Positions 51,085-60,833 are shown, counted from the stretch's first letter. The stretch is DNA of 64,000 bases from a virus (IMGVR_UViG_3300016486_001578), one strand, 5' to 3'. Translations and numbers: made by a program. Notes: a model not told the origin generated them from the letters alone.

Positions 51085-51171
51085 GCGGGTGTAGCTCAGT
51101 TGGTTATCCGAGAGGTGTAGAGCGTCAGTCTTCCAAACTGAGGGCCGTGGGTTCGAGTCCCACCATCCGCT
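51085..51171 (+). tRNA. tRNA-Gly(UCC) with D-loop insertion
   Basis: GCGGGTG/CATCCGC, U73, loop CTTCCAA. Confidence 0.88.
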
Positions 51172-51231
51172 CAAAAAATATAAGCCATAGGAGAATCTCG
51201 GATTTAATATATAATAAAATTAATGACGTAA

Positions 51232-51896
51232 ATGAAGTGGCAAAAAGGAGAAGAAATAGAATTATTAGAATTATTAAAAGAAGGTAAAAATTATATTGAA
51301 ATAGAAGAAATACTAAACAGGAGTAAGAACTCCATAAGGAATAAATCTCAAAAAATGGGATATTCCTTACAATCATTTAAGATACAAAATAAAAAGTGTA
51401 TATTTTGTAAGAAAAATTTTAATTATAATTGTAGAGACGAAAAAGAAAGGAGTAAAATATTTTGTAATAGCTCATGTTCCGCTAGTTATAATAACAAATT
51501 AAGAAATAAGAAAGGGAAAAGTGTGAGATATGTGATAAGAAAACTAATAATATAAAAACATGTAGTATGATTTGTTATCAAGAATTATTATTCTTGGAAG
51601 GGTTGGAAAAATTTAATAAGGGTTATTTAATAAATAACCGAGCAATTAAAAAATATCTAATATATTTATATGAAGAAAAGTGCTCTAATTGTGGATTAGG
51701 AAATTATTGGGATAACAAATTCTTATCAATACAGGTTGATCATATTGATGGTAATTCCGATAATAACTCAAAAGATAATGTTAGGCTATTATGTCCAAAT
51801 TGCCATTCACAAACACCAACATTTGGTATAAAGGGAGGAAACAAAAACAAAAAAGATAATAGAAATATATATCGAAAAAAATATAGACAAAAATGA
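51232..51896 (+). CDS. HNH homing endonuclease (two track ORFs joined by a frameshift near 51520)
   Basis: HTH, CxxC, FCNSSC, then QVDHIDG...LCPNCH. Confidence 0.75.
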
Positions 51897-52201
51897 TTAA
51901 ATGGATAAAAAAATATTTAATTCCGAAGAAAAAAGAAGAATACATTCCCTATGGAATGTGTCCAGGATTTTATATTAAGGTAAATGATAGTTCTTGGATA
52001 CAAGGACATATGGTTATTAAAAAATCAGACAACGAAGCCGAGATAAGAAAGAAATTTAATGATTTGATAGTTAAATTTTGCAAAGAAAGAAACCTAAGCA
52101 AAGAAGAGACAGAAAAAAATCTAAAAAATAATAACCTAGATTCATATTTTGGAGCCGATGATATACCGGATTGGTATATCCCACCCAAGGCGAAGGGGTA
52201 A
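51893..52201 (+). CDS. hypothetical protein
   Basis: ATGA-coupled ORF. Confidence 0.55.
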   Translation: MIKWIKKYLIPKKKEEYIPYGMCPGFYIKVNDSSWIQGHMVIKKSDNEAEIRKKFNDLIVKFCKERNLSKEETEKNLKNNNLDSYFGADDIPDWYIPPKAKG

Positions 52202-52209
52202 TTAATAAT

Positions 52210-52283
52210 GCGGATGTAGCTCAGTTGGTCAGAGCGTTAGTTTTCCAAACTAAGAGTCGTGAGTTCGATTCTCTCTACTCGCT
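52210..52283 (+). tRNA. tRNA-Gly(UCC)
   Basis: Loop TTTCCAA; GCG start; U73. Confidence 0.82.
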
Positions 52284-52288
52284 CTTAT

Positions 52289-52378
52289 GTAGTATATTCT
52301 CAGTTGGTACAGAGATAAAAAACAGGCAGAAAAATTATTGAAGTTTTGTCATAGTTTGGTTCGATTCCAAAATCTACT
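52289..52378 (+). pseudogene. degenerate tRNA-like element
   Basis: D arm CTC-AGTTGGTACA-GAG and T arm TTTGG-TTCGATT-CCAAA; no recognisable anticodon arm. Confidence 0.5.
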
Positions 52379-52400
52379 TTAATTTATTAATACATACATT

Positions 52401-52838
52401 ATGAATTATATTAAATTATTTGAAAACTTCGATAACATAGAATATTTTGATATGGAAGATATATTTCTAACCATAATAGATAAGGGGTTGATAATTGAAG
52501 ATGCTATGGTATGTAACATAATAGATATTGGTGATAATGATGTAGTATTTGGTAATAGTAATACCGAATCTACTAGTGGGTTATTGTTGGAGTTTTCTAC
52601 TGAGACTGGTTTATATTTTAATAGTGAGTTTTATAATGAATTAGACTTAGCCATTAAACATGCGGAAAGTAGGTATGATATTAAATTAAATAATATACAC
52701 ATAGATAGCTCTAGATTTGAATTGGTTCATGATGAGGATAAATTTAATATATATTGCTCAACGGTACATAAAATGAAAGAGATGTATTCTACCAGATTTG
52801 ATAAAAAATGTTGTATGGGTTTATCGTTCAAAAAATAA
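52401..52838 (+). CDS. hypothetical protein, CTS-like N-terminus
   Basis: MNYIKLFENF. Confidence 0.65.
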   Translation: MNYIKLFENFDNIEYFDMEDIFLTIIDKGLIIEDAMVCNIIDIGDNDVVFGNSNTESTSGLLLEFSTETGLYFNSEFYNELDLAIKHAESRYDIKLNNIHIDSSRFELVHDEDKFNIYCSTVHKMKEMYSTRFDKKCCMGLSFKK

Positions 52839-53480
52839 TTATACCTTTCTCCATTTAAAGAAAATGTCTTTATCTTCTTGGTTCTCAACATATCCCTCTT
52901 CTTTATATTGTTCATCATTTATAATAACCAAATAAGAATAACCAGTATGAAAAGATTCTAATCCTGGATAATCACTATTTTCTGGAAAATATAATTTGTT
53001 AAAAAAGGTAGATTGATCATCTGATATATTAATGCCTAACTCTTCTTGCATTCCTCTTTTTATTGCCTCTTTGTGATCTTCTCCATATTTAAACTTTTCC
53101 GCCATTGAATACCAGATATCAGACCTTATCCTTTCCCTACCACCTTTAAATATGGCCTTTTCTTCAAATAAAATAAACTTATCATTGCCATTTATATACA
53201 TAATCCTAGCCCCAACAAAATTAACTTCCCTTCTTAGTTTTCCATTAATTGAATATAATTCGGTTTCTTCCTCTTTGATTTCATTCCAAAGGTGGTTGAT
53301 TTTTTTATATTTCTTCTTACCCCAATCAGAAAGATCTATTTTATGACTCTTTAATAAATTATCCAATCCTTCTCTTGATTTAGGAGTTACGATATATTTA
53401 TCATCTAGTGGTTCTTTTTTGCTTATTATATTATTATACTCATTTATTATATAACTTTCAAATTTTTTTATATTATCCAT
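52839..53480 (-). CDS. divergent NUDIX-like protein
   Basis: AEKFKYGEDHKEAIKRGMQEELG. Confidence 0.6.
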   Translation of the reverse strand: MDNIKKFESYIINEYNNIISKKEPLDDKYIVTPKSREGLDNLLKSHKIDLSDWGKKKYKKINHLWNEIKEEETELYSINGKLRREVNFVGARIMYINGNDKFILFEEKAIFKGGRERIRSDIWYSMAEKFKYGEDHKEAIKRGMQEELGINISDDQSTFFNKLYFPENSDYPGLESFHTGYSYLVIINDEQYKEEGYVENQEDKDIFFKWRKV

Positions 53481-53546
53481 TTATTATATATTAATATGGA
53501 AAATTATTTTTAATAATTTAATATATAAAGAAAATAAAAACCAACA

Positions 53547-53822
53547 ATGGCAAATTTTGACAAATATTTAGTAAACATATCACATGTTCCATCAAGACCA
53601 AATGGACAAGAATTAATTAGTGCTGGTGGAGTAACACACTCAGTTCATACTTACTCAGAAGAATACTGGGTAGCTTCTGCTCCTGAAATTAGATTATACG
53701 CAACTGGATCATCACAAGGAGATGCTTATACTAATTTAGTTAGTGCTGGGACAGATGGATCAGCATCTAATTATGCGGGACCTTTCGGTCAAGAACCTTT
53801 AAGTAATATAAGAACTTATTAA
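53547..53822 (+). CDS. small protein, possible HicB-like N-terminal fold
   Basis: YWVASAPEI...ATGSSQGDAYTNL. Confidence 0.55.
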   Translation: MANFDKYLVNISHVPSRPNGQELISAGGVTHSVHTYSEEYWVASAPEIRLYATGSSQGDAYTNLVSAGTDGSASNYAGPFGQEPLSNIRTY

Positions 53823-53828
53823 GATATT

Positions 53829-54323
53829 TTACTTTTCACTATTTGGTAGTTGTGCCTTTCTGTGTATATCTGAGCCCACGAAAGTCTCAACACTAGCAAT
53901 ACAAGACTCTCCCCAGCCCTCGTCTTGTGAACTTTCTGCTTCTTCTGCTTCTTCGGAGCTTAAATACCATGTTAGACCAACAGAACCATCACCGTTATTC
54001 ATACAAGCATACCAAACAACGACCTTTTCTAGTTTAGAAGTTTCTTCTTTTTCAGAATCAAATTCATCATACTCATCCAATATTATTTTAACTAAACCAT
54101 CCACATCATTTTTTATCTTATCACTAGATACTACTTTCTCCATATCTCCTTTGGTCATTTCTAAATCATTTGATAATTCTCCCAATTCGGATAATAAATC
54201 AACATTACTTGGTTCATCACCTTGTTCGAATTCTTCGTCATAATTTAGAATATCATTTGCTTTTCTTATATATGAATCTATTTTATTTTCATTAGATTCA
54301 TTAAATCTCATTAAGTGTTTCAT
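53829..54323 (-). CDS. hypothetical protein, CTS-like N-terminus
   Basis: MKHLMRFNES. Confidence 0.65.
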   Translation of the reverse strand: MKHLMRFNESNENKIDSYIRKANDILNYDEEFEQGDEPSNVDLLSELGELSNDLEMTKGDMEKVVSSDKIKNDVDGLVKIILDEYDEFDSEKEETSKLEKVVVWYACMNNGDGSVGLTWYLSSEEAEEAESSQDEGWGESCIASVETFVGSDIHRKAQLPNSEK

Positions 54324-54332
54324 ATTAATTCA

Positions 54333-54524
54333 TTATTTTAGTTGTGATAATATATTTTTTACCTCTTTTATTGTTTTCCAATCATTTGGAACAAATTCAT
54401 GTAAAGAAGCCTTTGGGTATTTATTATATTCTTTTTTCTCTTTATCTCTTATTTGTTTTCTAGATAGCTCTCTATTATCTGGCTGTGTTCTAATTGAATT
54501 GAATCCAAATTTCATATCATTCAT
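54333..54524 (-). CDS. hypothetical protein
   Basis: 63-aa ORF, possibly the 3' part of a frameshifted gene starting near 54640. Confidence 0.4.
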   Translation of the reverse strand: MNDMKFGFNSIRTQPDNRELSRKQIRDKEKKEYNKYPKASLHEFVPNDWKTIKEVKNILSQLK

Positions 54525-54759
54525 ATCATCCTTTATAATTATTGAAAATCTATTTTAGATTTTCTTCCCAATTTTCTCTATTCGGTAATTTATCCTTTTT
54601 TCTACCAAATGAAAAAATTCATACATCTTTAAGTGTTTCATAAGACTATATATTATTTTCTAAAACAAACTATCTATCCACCTTTTTATATCTGGTGGCA
54701 TGTCATCAAATGATACTTTGATATTAAGTAATTTATCATTTATGTTAAATTTCTCAATA

Positions 54760-55173
54760 TCAGAAGTGCTCAATTTGATGAGCATTCTTTATCTTTGATA
54801 TAAAACTATGGTGCTCTTTATTTTGTATAACCAATTTAGATGTTGAATTGGATGAATATTTTAAAAATAAACCCTTTCTATATGTTATTTCAATTTTTAT
54901 TAACCTATTTTTCATATAATCAACAAGCCTAATTATAGTATCCTTGACATCGGTATAATAAAATGGTTCTCCGCCATTACTTATTGTAATATCACCTCTA
55001 GTATGTGAAGTAATTTGTAGATTATTATCTTCGAGCTCTAATAAGATGTCTTTTATATTTCTTACTAATTCTTTTTGACTATCACCATTTTCATCAATAT
55101 ATTTTTTGGGTTCCTCGGTTGTTTTCTTATTTTTCCAAAAATTGAAAAACTCATATACCTTTAAATATTTCAT
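54760..55173 (-). CDS. hypothetical protein, CTS-like N-terminus
   Basis: MKYLKVYEFF. Confidence 0.6.
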   Translation of the reverse strand: MKYLKVYEFFNFWKNKKTTEEPKKYIDENGDSQKELVRNIKDILLELEDNNLQITSHTRGDITISNGGEPFYYTDVKDTIIRLVDYMKNRLIKIEITYRKGLFLKYSSNSTSKLVIQNKEHHSFISKIKNAHQIEHF

Positions 55174-55188
55174 AAAGTTATATATAAA

Positions 55189-55578
55189 TTATAAAATTTT
55201 ATTTAATGTATATTCCCTAAACCTGAATATAAAATCATCAAATGTTTCCGAATTGCTTAATAGTTCAAACCTATCTTCTATTACCTTTATTAGAGTAGAA
55301 TCATCCAACCCCTTTTTATAAATACAACTAATATCATTTTTATCCGATGCTATTATCCAAACTGTTATATTAGAATAAATATCAAAAGCCTCCCTATATT
55401 TATTCAAAGTTTCTTCAGCCCTTTGTCTGGATAAACCAGAGCAATTTATCTCAAATTTAAAAATAGGATTATCTAAATTTAATTCTTCTTTATCTTTTGG
55501 TTTATTGTAGATATTGCTAAATATTTTACTATTATATGTGTTATTATTACTAGGCATATATAATATATTATTATTCAT
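55189..55578 (-). CDS. hypothetical protein
   Basis: Ends FREYTLNKIL. Confidence 0.6.
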   Translation of the reverse strand: MNNNILYMPSNNNTYNSKIFSNIYNKPKDKEELNLDNPIFKFEINCSGLSRQRAEETLNKYREAFDIYSNITVWIIASDKNDISCIYKKGLDDSTLIKVIEDRFELLSNSETFDDFIFRFREYTLNKIL

Positions 55579-55642
55579 ATAATTTGTTGAAAATAAAACA
55601 TTTTTAATTATATTTGTTATAAATAAAAAAAAAAAGATTTAA

Positions 55643-55984
55643 ATGGAATTATTTATAATTAAATACGGATTAGGCGGTGGCTTTGGTGGTGCCGATAAAT
55701 ACGAAGTTGTTGAAGCTATGACTCAACAAAAAGCAGAAACAATGGCTTATTATCTTGCTTGTGAAGAATATGATAGTTTTGCTGGTATGCACGGACTAAG
55801 AGATAGAGATGAAATAATGGATGAAGATGAGTGTGATGAGGAAGAAGCAGATCAAATCTATAGAGAAGATAGAGAAAGTTGGTTAGATTATGATGCGATG
55901 CCTTATTCTAAAGAGTTAGAAAAAATGGCTAGAGGATATCACTTTGAAAACCCATACAAAGCAAAAACAGATCTTATTAAATAA
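55643..55984 (+). CDS. acidic phage hypothetical protein
   Basis: YGLGGGFGG; TATATTTG at 55609-16 upstream. Confidence 0.7.
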   Translation: MELFIIKYGLGGGFGGADKYEVVEAMTQQKAETMAYYLACEEYDSFAGMHGLRDRDEIMDEDECDEEEADQIYREDRESWLDYDAMPYSKELEKMARGYHFENPYKAKTDLIK

Positions 55985-55985
55985 G

Positions 55986-56879
55986 ATGATAATAGAAAAT
56001 AATAATATCTATTTAGGTGATTGTTTATCACTGATGCCATATATGAAGGATAATAGCATAGATGTTATATTTGCTGATTTACCTTATGGCACAACGAATT
56101 GTTCTTGGGACACAATAATACCATTAAATGATTATATGTTAGTCGATGTTGGTAAAAAAACTAAGCCTATGTACGAAGGTGATTATATTCTATATAATTC
56201 ATTAAATAATGGAGAAACGGCCAATTATTGGAAGGATAAATTTAAATCTGAGAAGGAAATAGGTCTTTGGTCAAATTATAAGAGAATAATAAAGGAAAAT
56301 GGTGTTATTTTATTATATGCACAAACACCCTTTGATAAAATATTAGGAAATAGTAACAAAGAAATGCTTAGATATGAGTGGATATGGGAAAAATCACAAG
56401 CAACTGGTCACCTAAATGCTAAGAGAATGCCAATGAAATCACATGAGAATATTTTAGTTTTTTATAAAAAATTACCAAAATATACACCACAAAAAACATC
56501 AGGACATGTCAGAAAAGTTTCATCTGCTAAAAATAGATCAGCTTGTATAGAGCGTAGGAATGATACGGATAACATATATAATAACGAATATCCAGATAGG
56601 GTAAATGATTATGATAGTACAGAAAGATATCCAAGAAGTGTCATAAAATTTGCATCCGATAAACAAAAATCTAGCTTACACAAAACACAAAAACCATTAG
56701 CATTAACCGAGTATATGCTAAAAACATATGGATTTGAAGGATGTAATGTTCTAGATAATGTATCTGGTAGTGGTACTGTCGGAGAAGCTTGTATTAATTT
56801 AAATATGAATTATATACTAATGGAGAAAGATGAAGATAATTATAATATCTCATTAAAAAGGATAAGTGGAATATTATAG
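55986..56879 (+). CDS. DNA amino-methyltransferase (N6A/N4C, beta order)
   Basis: GDCL, DLPY, HKTQKP, VLDNVSGSGT. Confidence 0.9.
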   Translation: MIIENNNIYLGDCLSLMPYMKDNSIDVIFADLPYGTTNCSWDTIIPLNDYMLVDVGKKTKPMYEGDYILYNSLNNGETANYWKDKFKSEKEIGLWSNYKRIIKENGVILLYAQTPFDKILGNSNKEMLRYEWIWEKSQATGHLNAKRMPMKSHENILVFYKKLPKYTPQKTSGHVRKVSSAKNRSACIERRNDTDNIYNNEYPDRVNDYDSTERYPRSVIKFASDKQKSSLHKTQKPLALTEYMLKTYGFEGCNVLDNVSGSGTVGEACINLNMNYILMEKDEDNYNISLKRISGIL

Positions 56880-56929
56880 AAATAAAATTATTTTCCTTAT
56901 ATTTAAAAATATATAAAAATAAACTAAAA

Positions 56930-57331
56930 ATGAAAAAAACAATATTAATATTCGAAAAGGTAAGAGCATATGCTTATAGTAATAAGTTAAGTTATGAATT
57001 TTATTTTCAACCAGAATCACTTATGTTTAGAATACAGGGCTGGGGTGAAATAAAAGACACTAATTTTATAAATTTCTTGGTATCATTGGGATTTTATATT
57101 GATATAGATAATGGTGATGAAGATAGATTACCTATGTTTAGTTATATTTTTAAAGAAACTAAGAAAAAAATATTATATGATGCTAGAACAATAAGTGGTA
57201 ACGATGTTATTGTTTGGCTACATAGGGTACCCGAGTTAGACGAACAACATGGCGATGATATCATTATGATAGACTCAAATGGAGTCGAATATCCAACACA
57301 ATCACTAAAATATATAAAGGAAATAAAATAA
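56930..57331 (+). CDS. hypothetical protein
   Basis: 133-aa ORF. Confidence 0.6.
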   Translation: MKKTILIFEKVRAYAYSNKLSYEFYFQPESLMFRIQGWGEIKDTNFINFLVSLGFYIDIDNGDEDRLPMFSYIFKETKKKILYDARTISGNDVIVWLHRVPELDEQHGDDIIMIDSNGVEYPTQSLKYIKEIK

Positions 57332-57406
57332 TTACTATAAATCCGAAAAAATGGATAAACCAACTTTAGTAAAAATACTGAATATAATAGAAAACATATA
57401 AATATA

Positions 57407-57889
57407 ATGAAAAGTAATAAAACACACATATTTTTTTGGAGTGGCATTTATTCAAATTGGCACCCTGCTAAATTTGAATACAAAGGCGAAAAATTTGAAA
57501 ATTCAGAGCAAGCATTTATGTGGGAAAAGGCAAACTTTTTCTCTGATAAAAAAATAGCTAATATGGTATTAGACACACCAGATCCATCGGATAATAAAAA
57601 ATTAGGTAGACAAATAAGAAATTTCAATAAATATAAATGGGACAACGCCTGTAAAGAAATAATGTATGACGTAAACAAGGCAAAATTTGAACAAAACCCA
57701 AAACTAAAGAGATAACTGATAGAAACAGAAGGAAAATCATTAGTAGAAGCATCACCATATGATACTATATGGGGAATAGGAATGTCAGAAGATGAAGCAA
57801 TGAACTCAGAACCTAGTATGTGGAGAGGAAAAAACTATCTAGGAGAAGTTTTGGATGAGCTAAGATTAGATTTTATTAATGGGATATAA
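57407..57889 (+). CDS. NADAR/YbiA family protein with in-frame TAA at 57713-15
   Basis: YSNW, SEQAFM, KKLGR, KFEQN*, then in frame LVEASPYDTIWGIG...GKNYLG. Confidence 0.85.
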
Positions 57890-57996
57890 TAAATTTATAT
57901 ACATAATATCTGGTGTTATAATTTTAATAACATTTATTAATTTAATATCAGGAATGTTTGATTTGATAAAAATCGATAAAATATTTAATAAAAATT

Positions 57997-58422
57997 TTGA
58001 AAATAGGAAAAAACGACATAAGAATAGGAAACCTTTTAAGAACAAAGGATGGGGAAGAAATTAGAGTTGAGAGTATAAACAACGATGGTATTAACCTAAA
58101 AATAACTAGTATAATAAATCCATCTAATAGAAAATTAAGCGGATTGGTCTCTATACCAAAGTATAAATTTGATGATTTATGTGGAATAGATATAACAAAA
58201 GATCATTTAGTTGATTATGGGTTTATCCATCGAGAGTGTGGAATATCCGGTGCTGATATGTGGCAAGGAATGGACTTTTGGACACTACTAAATACATCAT
58301 TCTCATTAAGAGGAAATCCAGGTGGTTTAAAATTAACCGGTCACATAAATAGTGAGATATTATATCTACATCAATTACAAAACTCTTATCATTCAACACA
58401 AAACAAAGAATTAAGTGATTAA
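57997..58422 (+). CDS. hypothetical protein
   Basis: DIRIGN...LHQLQN motifs. Confidence 0.65.
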   Translation: MKIGKNDIRIGNLLRTKDGEEIRVESINNDGINLKITSIINPSNRKLSGLVSIPKYKFDDLCGIDITKDHLVDYGFIHRECGISGADMWQGMDFWTLLNTSFSLRGNPGGLKLTGHINSEILYLHQLQNSYHSTQNKELSD

Positions 58423-58460
58423 TTTCTATTAATATATAGATTATAAATTTAATTTAAAAA

Positions 58461-58913
58461 ATGAAACACCTTAAGGTATTTGAAGAATTCGATATTAGTA
58501 ATATATTTAGAAGAAAAAAGAAATTCATTATGGATGAAACACCAGAAGAGGATACAGAAAAAGAAGTCTATGTGAGTCAAGGTGAAGAGATAATGATAGA
58601 TAGGTTCCCATATAAAAAAAATGAATATGGACAAGATGAATTTGGAGTTTATATAAATAAAGAAGAAAAAACCTATTATATAGGTGATTTAAGGTCTTTT
58701 GGTAAAAACTCAAGATATTATATAAATTATCTAAAAATAGATAATTATAAAGAAAAAGATCCAACCGGGCAATTAGTTATACCAAATGAAGAACAAATGA
58801 AAGTTATTAATAATGAATTAAATGAGCCTTATATATCATCAAAATTATTAGATAAGCCAATAACACTTAGGGAGTTTTTAGAAGAAGAGGGTGTTCTAAA
58901 TCCTACTAATTGA
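58461..58913 (+). CDS. hypothetical protein, CTS-like N-terminus
   Basis: MKHLKVFEEF; TTAATATATA upstream. Confidence 0.65.
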   Translation: MKHLKVFEEFDISNIFRRKKKFIMDETPEEDTEKEVYVSQGEEIMIDRFPYKKNEYGQDEFGVYINKEEKTYYIGDLRSFGKNSRYYINYLKIDNYKEKDPTGQLVIPNEEQMKVINNELNEPYISSKLLDKPITLREFLEEEGVLNPTN

Positions 58914-59210
58914 TACTATTTTATCAACCAATAATCAAATATATACAAAAAATAGGATTTTTTATTTTATATATAAAAAAAAGTATAAATTTAAAAAAAT
59001 AACCTATGGGAAATTTAGAAAGTGTTTTATCAAAAGAGCTATGTAAATTTATAAAAGCAGGACACACACAATCAGAGTGTGTAGCATTTATAGAAGGATT
59101 CAAATTAGCATTCAATAAAAGTGAGGAAGTACCACTAAGTAAAATCACATTAGCTAAGAAAGTAATAGATTAAATTTTTTATACCAAAAATTTTAACTAT
59201 ATTTGTTACT

Positions 59211-59717
59211 ATGAAAATAACAAAAGAAGAATTCGAAAGATTCGTCATAAAAACGGGTCCAGAATTAGGAATGAAGATGGGTGATTTTTGGTATGAATTT
59301 TTCACATCAAGTAGTGATGAAAACAACTACACAATACACTTTAATTGCAACACACCCAATATACTAAATGAGGTAAAATCTAAGATAGAAGATAATTTCA
59401 AATGTACTTTTTTTAATGATTGTAGATTTTTTAGGATTGCTGATAGATTTGTTGAAAAATTCAAATACCAATATTATATACATTTTAAAATGCATAATGG
59501 TTTTCCAAAATTAGTCAAAATGAGTGATGATTTAATAAAAAATCTTAATGAAAGTAGCAAAGAACACACTGAGGAGTTCTCAGGATGTGTTGGTTCTGTT
59601 GTTGGTCACCCAGACTTAGGATCGGGACCAGAATTAGATACACTTGATATTAAATGGCAACCAAGTGGTTTAAAATATATGTATCCAATTGATGGACTGG
59701 AGGTTATTTTGAGATAA
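59211..59717 (+). CDS. hypothetical protein
   Basis: TATATTTG at 59198-205 just upstream. Confidence 0.65.
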   Translation: MKITKEEFERFVIKTGPELGMKMGDFWYEFFTSSSDENNYTIHFNCNTPNILNEVKSKIEDNFKCTFFNDCRFFRIADRFVEKFKYQYYIHFKMHNGFPKLVKMSDDLIKNLNESSKEHTEEFSGCVGSVVGHPDLGSGPELDTLDIKWQPSGLKYMYPIDGLEVILR

Positions 59718-59793
59718 AAAAATTACTAATAATATCTATTATATTAATATCCATTAAGTATCAACAACATCTGTTATTAACTATATAATTATA

Positions 59794-60084
59794 GTGGATG
59801 TGTTTTCTTATATTTTTGTCTTTTTGTTATCAACCATCAAGTTCCTTGCTGGTATCTTATTATCTGTTTGTTTACAACCAGGTTTTGTATTTAGTTATTT
59901 AACCACTGTTGGTGGTGGTGTTTTTGGTTCAATGTTTTTCTTATTAACAGATAGTTTGTTAATTAAAGTAACCAATAGATTATTTCCAAATAGAAAAAGA
60001 AAGATTTTCTCAAAAAAAAGTAGACTATTAGTTAAACTAAGAAAAAACTTTGGATTGATGGTAATCCCCTTTTTTAATAAATAG
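59794..60084 (+). CDS. small membrane protein, possibly truncated
   Basis: Hydrophobic helices followed by a basic loop. Confidence 0.5.
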   Translation: MDVFSYIFVFLLSTIKFLAGILLSVCLQPGFVFSYLTTVGGGVFGSMFFLLTDSLLIKVTNRLFPNRKRKIFSKKSRLLVKLRKNFGLMVIPFFNK

Positions 60085-60087
60085 GCT

Positions 60088-60387
60088 ATGTGGAATAAAC
60101 CAAAATATAAAAGATTATTAGAATCAGTGATAAAATCTGATTATTGTCAAATATGTGGCAACTTAGATTGTTATGAATGTGATTTGGAATGTTGGTATTG
60201 TGATTATGAGTGTGATTGTTACTATGTTTGTGATATAGACTATAGTGGGGAATGGGTAGAAGAGAGTGTAAAAATAAGAGGAACAGAGAGAGTAAATAGG
60301 TATTACCTAATTGATATAGAATCATCCTATCCAGAAGAGAAAAAGAGAAATATAAAAATTAATAAAATCTTAGGATTGGATTTTTGA
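60088..60387 (+). CDS. Cys-rich small protein
   Basis: CxxC series; ends KRNIKINKILG. Confidence 0.6.
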   Translation: MWNKPKYKRLLESVIKSDYCQICGNLDCYECDLECWYCDYECDCYYVCDIDYSGEWVEESVKIRGTERVNRYYLIDIESSYPEEKKRNIKINKILGLDF

Positions 60388-60833
60388 AACTAGATTCCCT
60401 GTACCTGGTTCCTTTCTTTAAGAAAAAGAAGGATCCATTTTCTAATCCCGATTTGGAATATATTGTAGAAGAATCTCTATTAGAGTGATTCTGGATTTGA
60501 AGTTGCAGTTGATCATAAGATTTTTTCCAAAAAGGTGGAGCTCAATTATATTGGGGGTTCTAAAAAAACAGACGAGATCTTGATTAAGGTATCCAAAAAT
60601 AATGAAGCATTTTGGACATATGATGTTAAAGAAGTCCTTGAATTTGCACTAACATTTTTAAGAAAAGAATATGGATTAAAGCTTTTTGAACTATCATATA
60701 GAGATACAAACTGGACTTATGGGGGTAACTCAGGCACAAGAAATAAACACACACATTATAAATTAAAAAGACTAAAGGATATAGAAACTAAAAGTATATC
60801 AATAACACTATCATACTTGGGATGATAAGTGGT

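Noticed and set aside
39254-57889. Programmed frameshifting or read-through in RNA ligase, HNH 51232 and NADAR (also Smr 35849 and HNH 4971)
   Set aside because: Scattered single-base lesions, several in homopolymers, with no shared recoding signal; sequencing error or recent decay is simpler. Needs reads.
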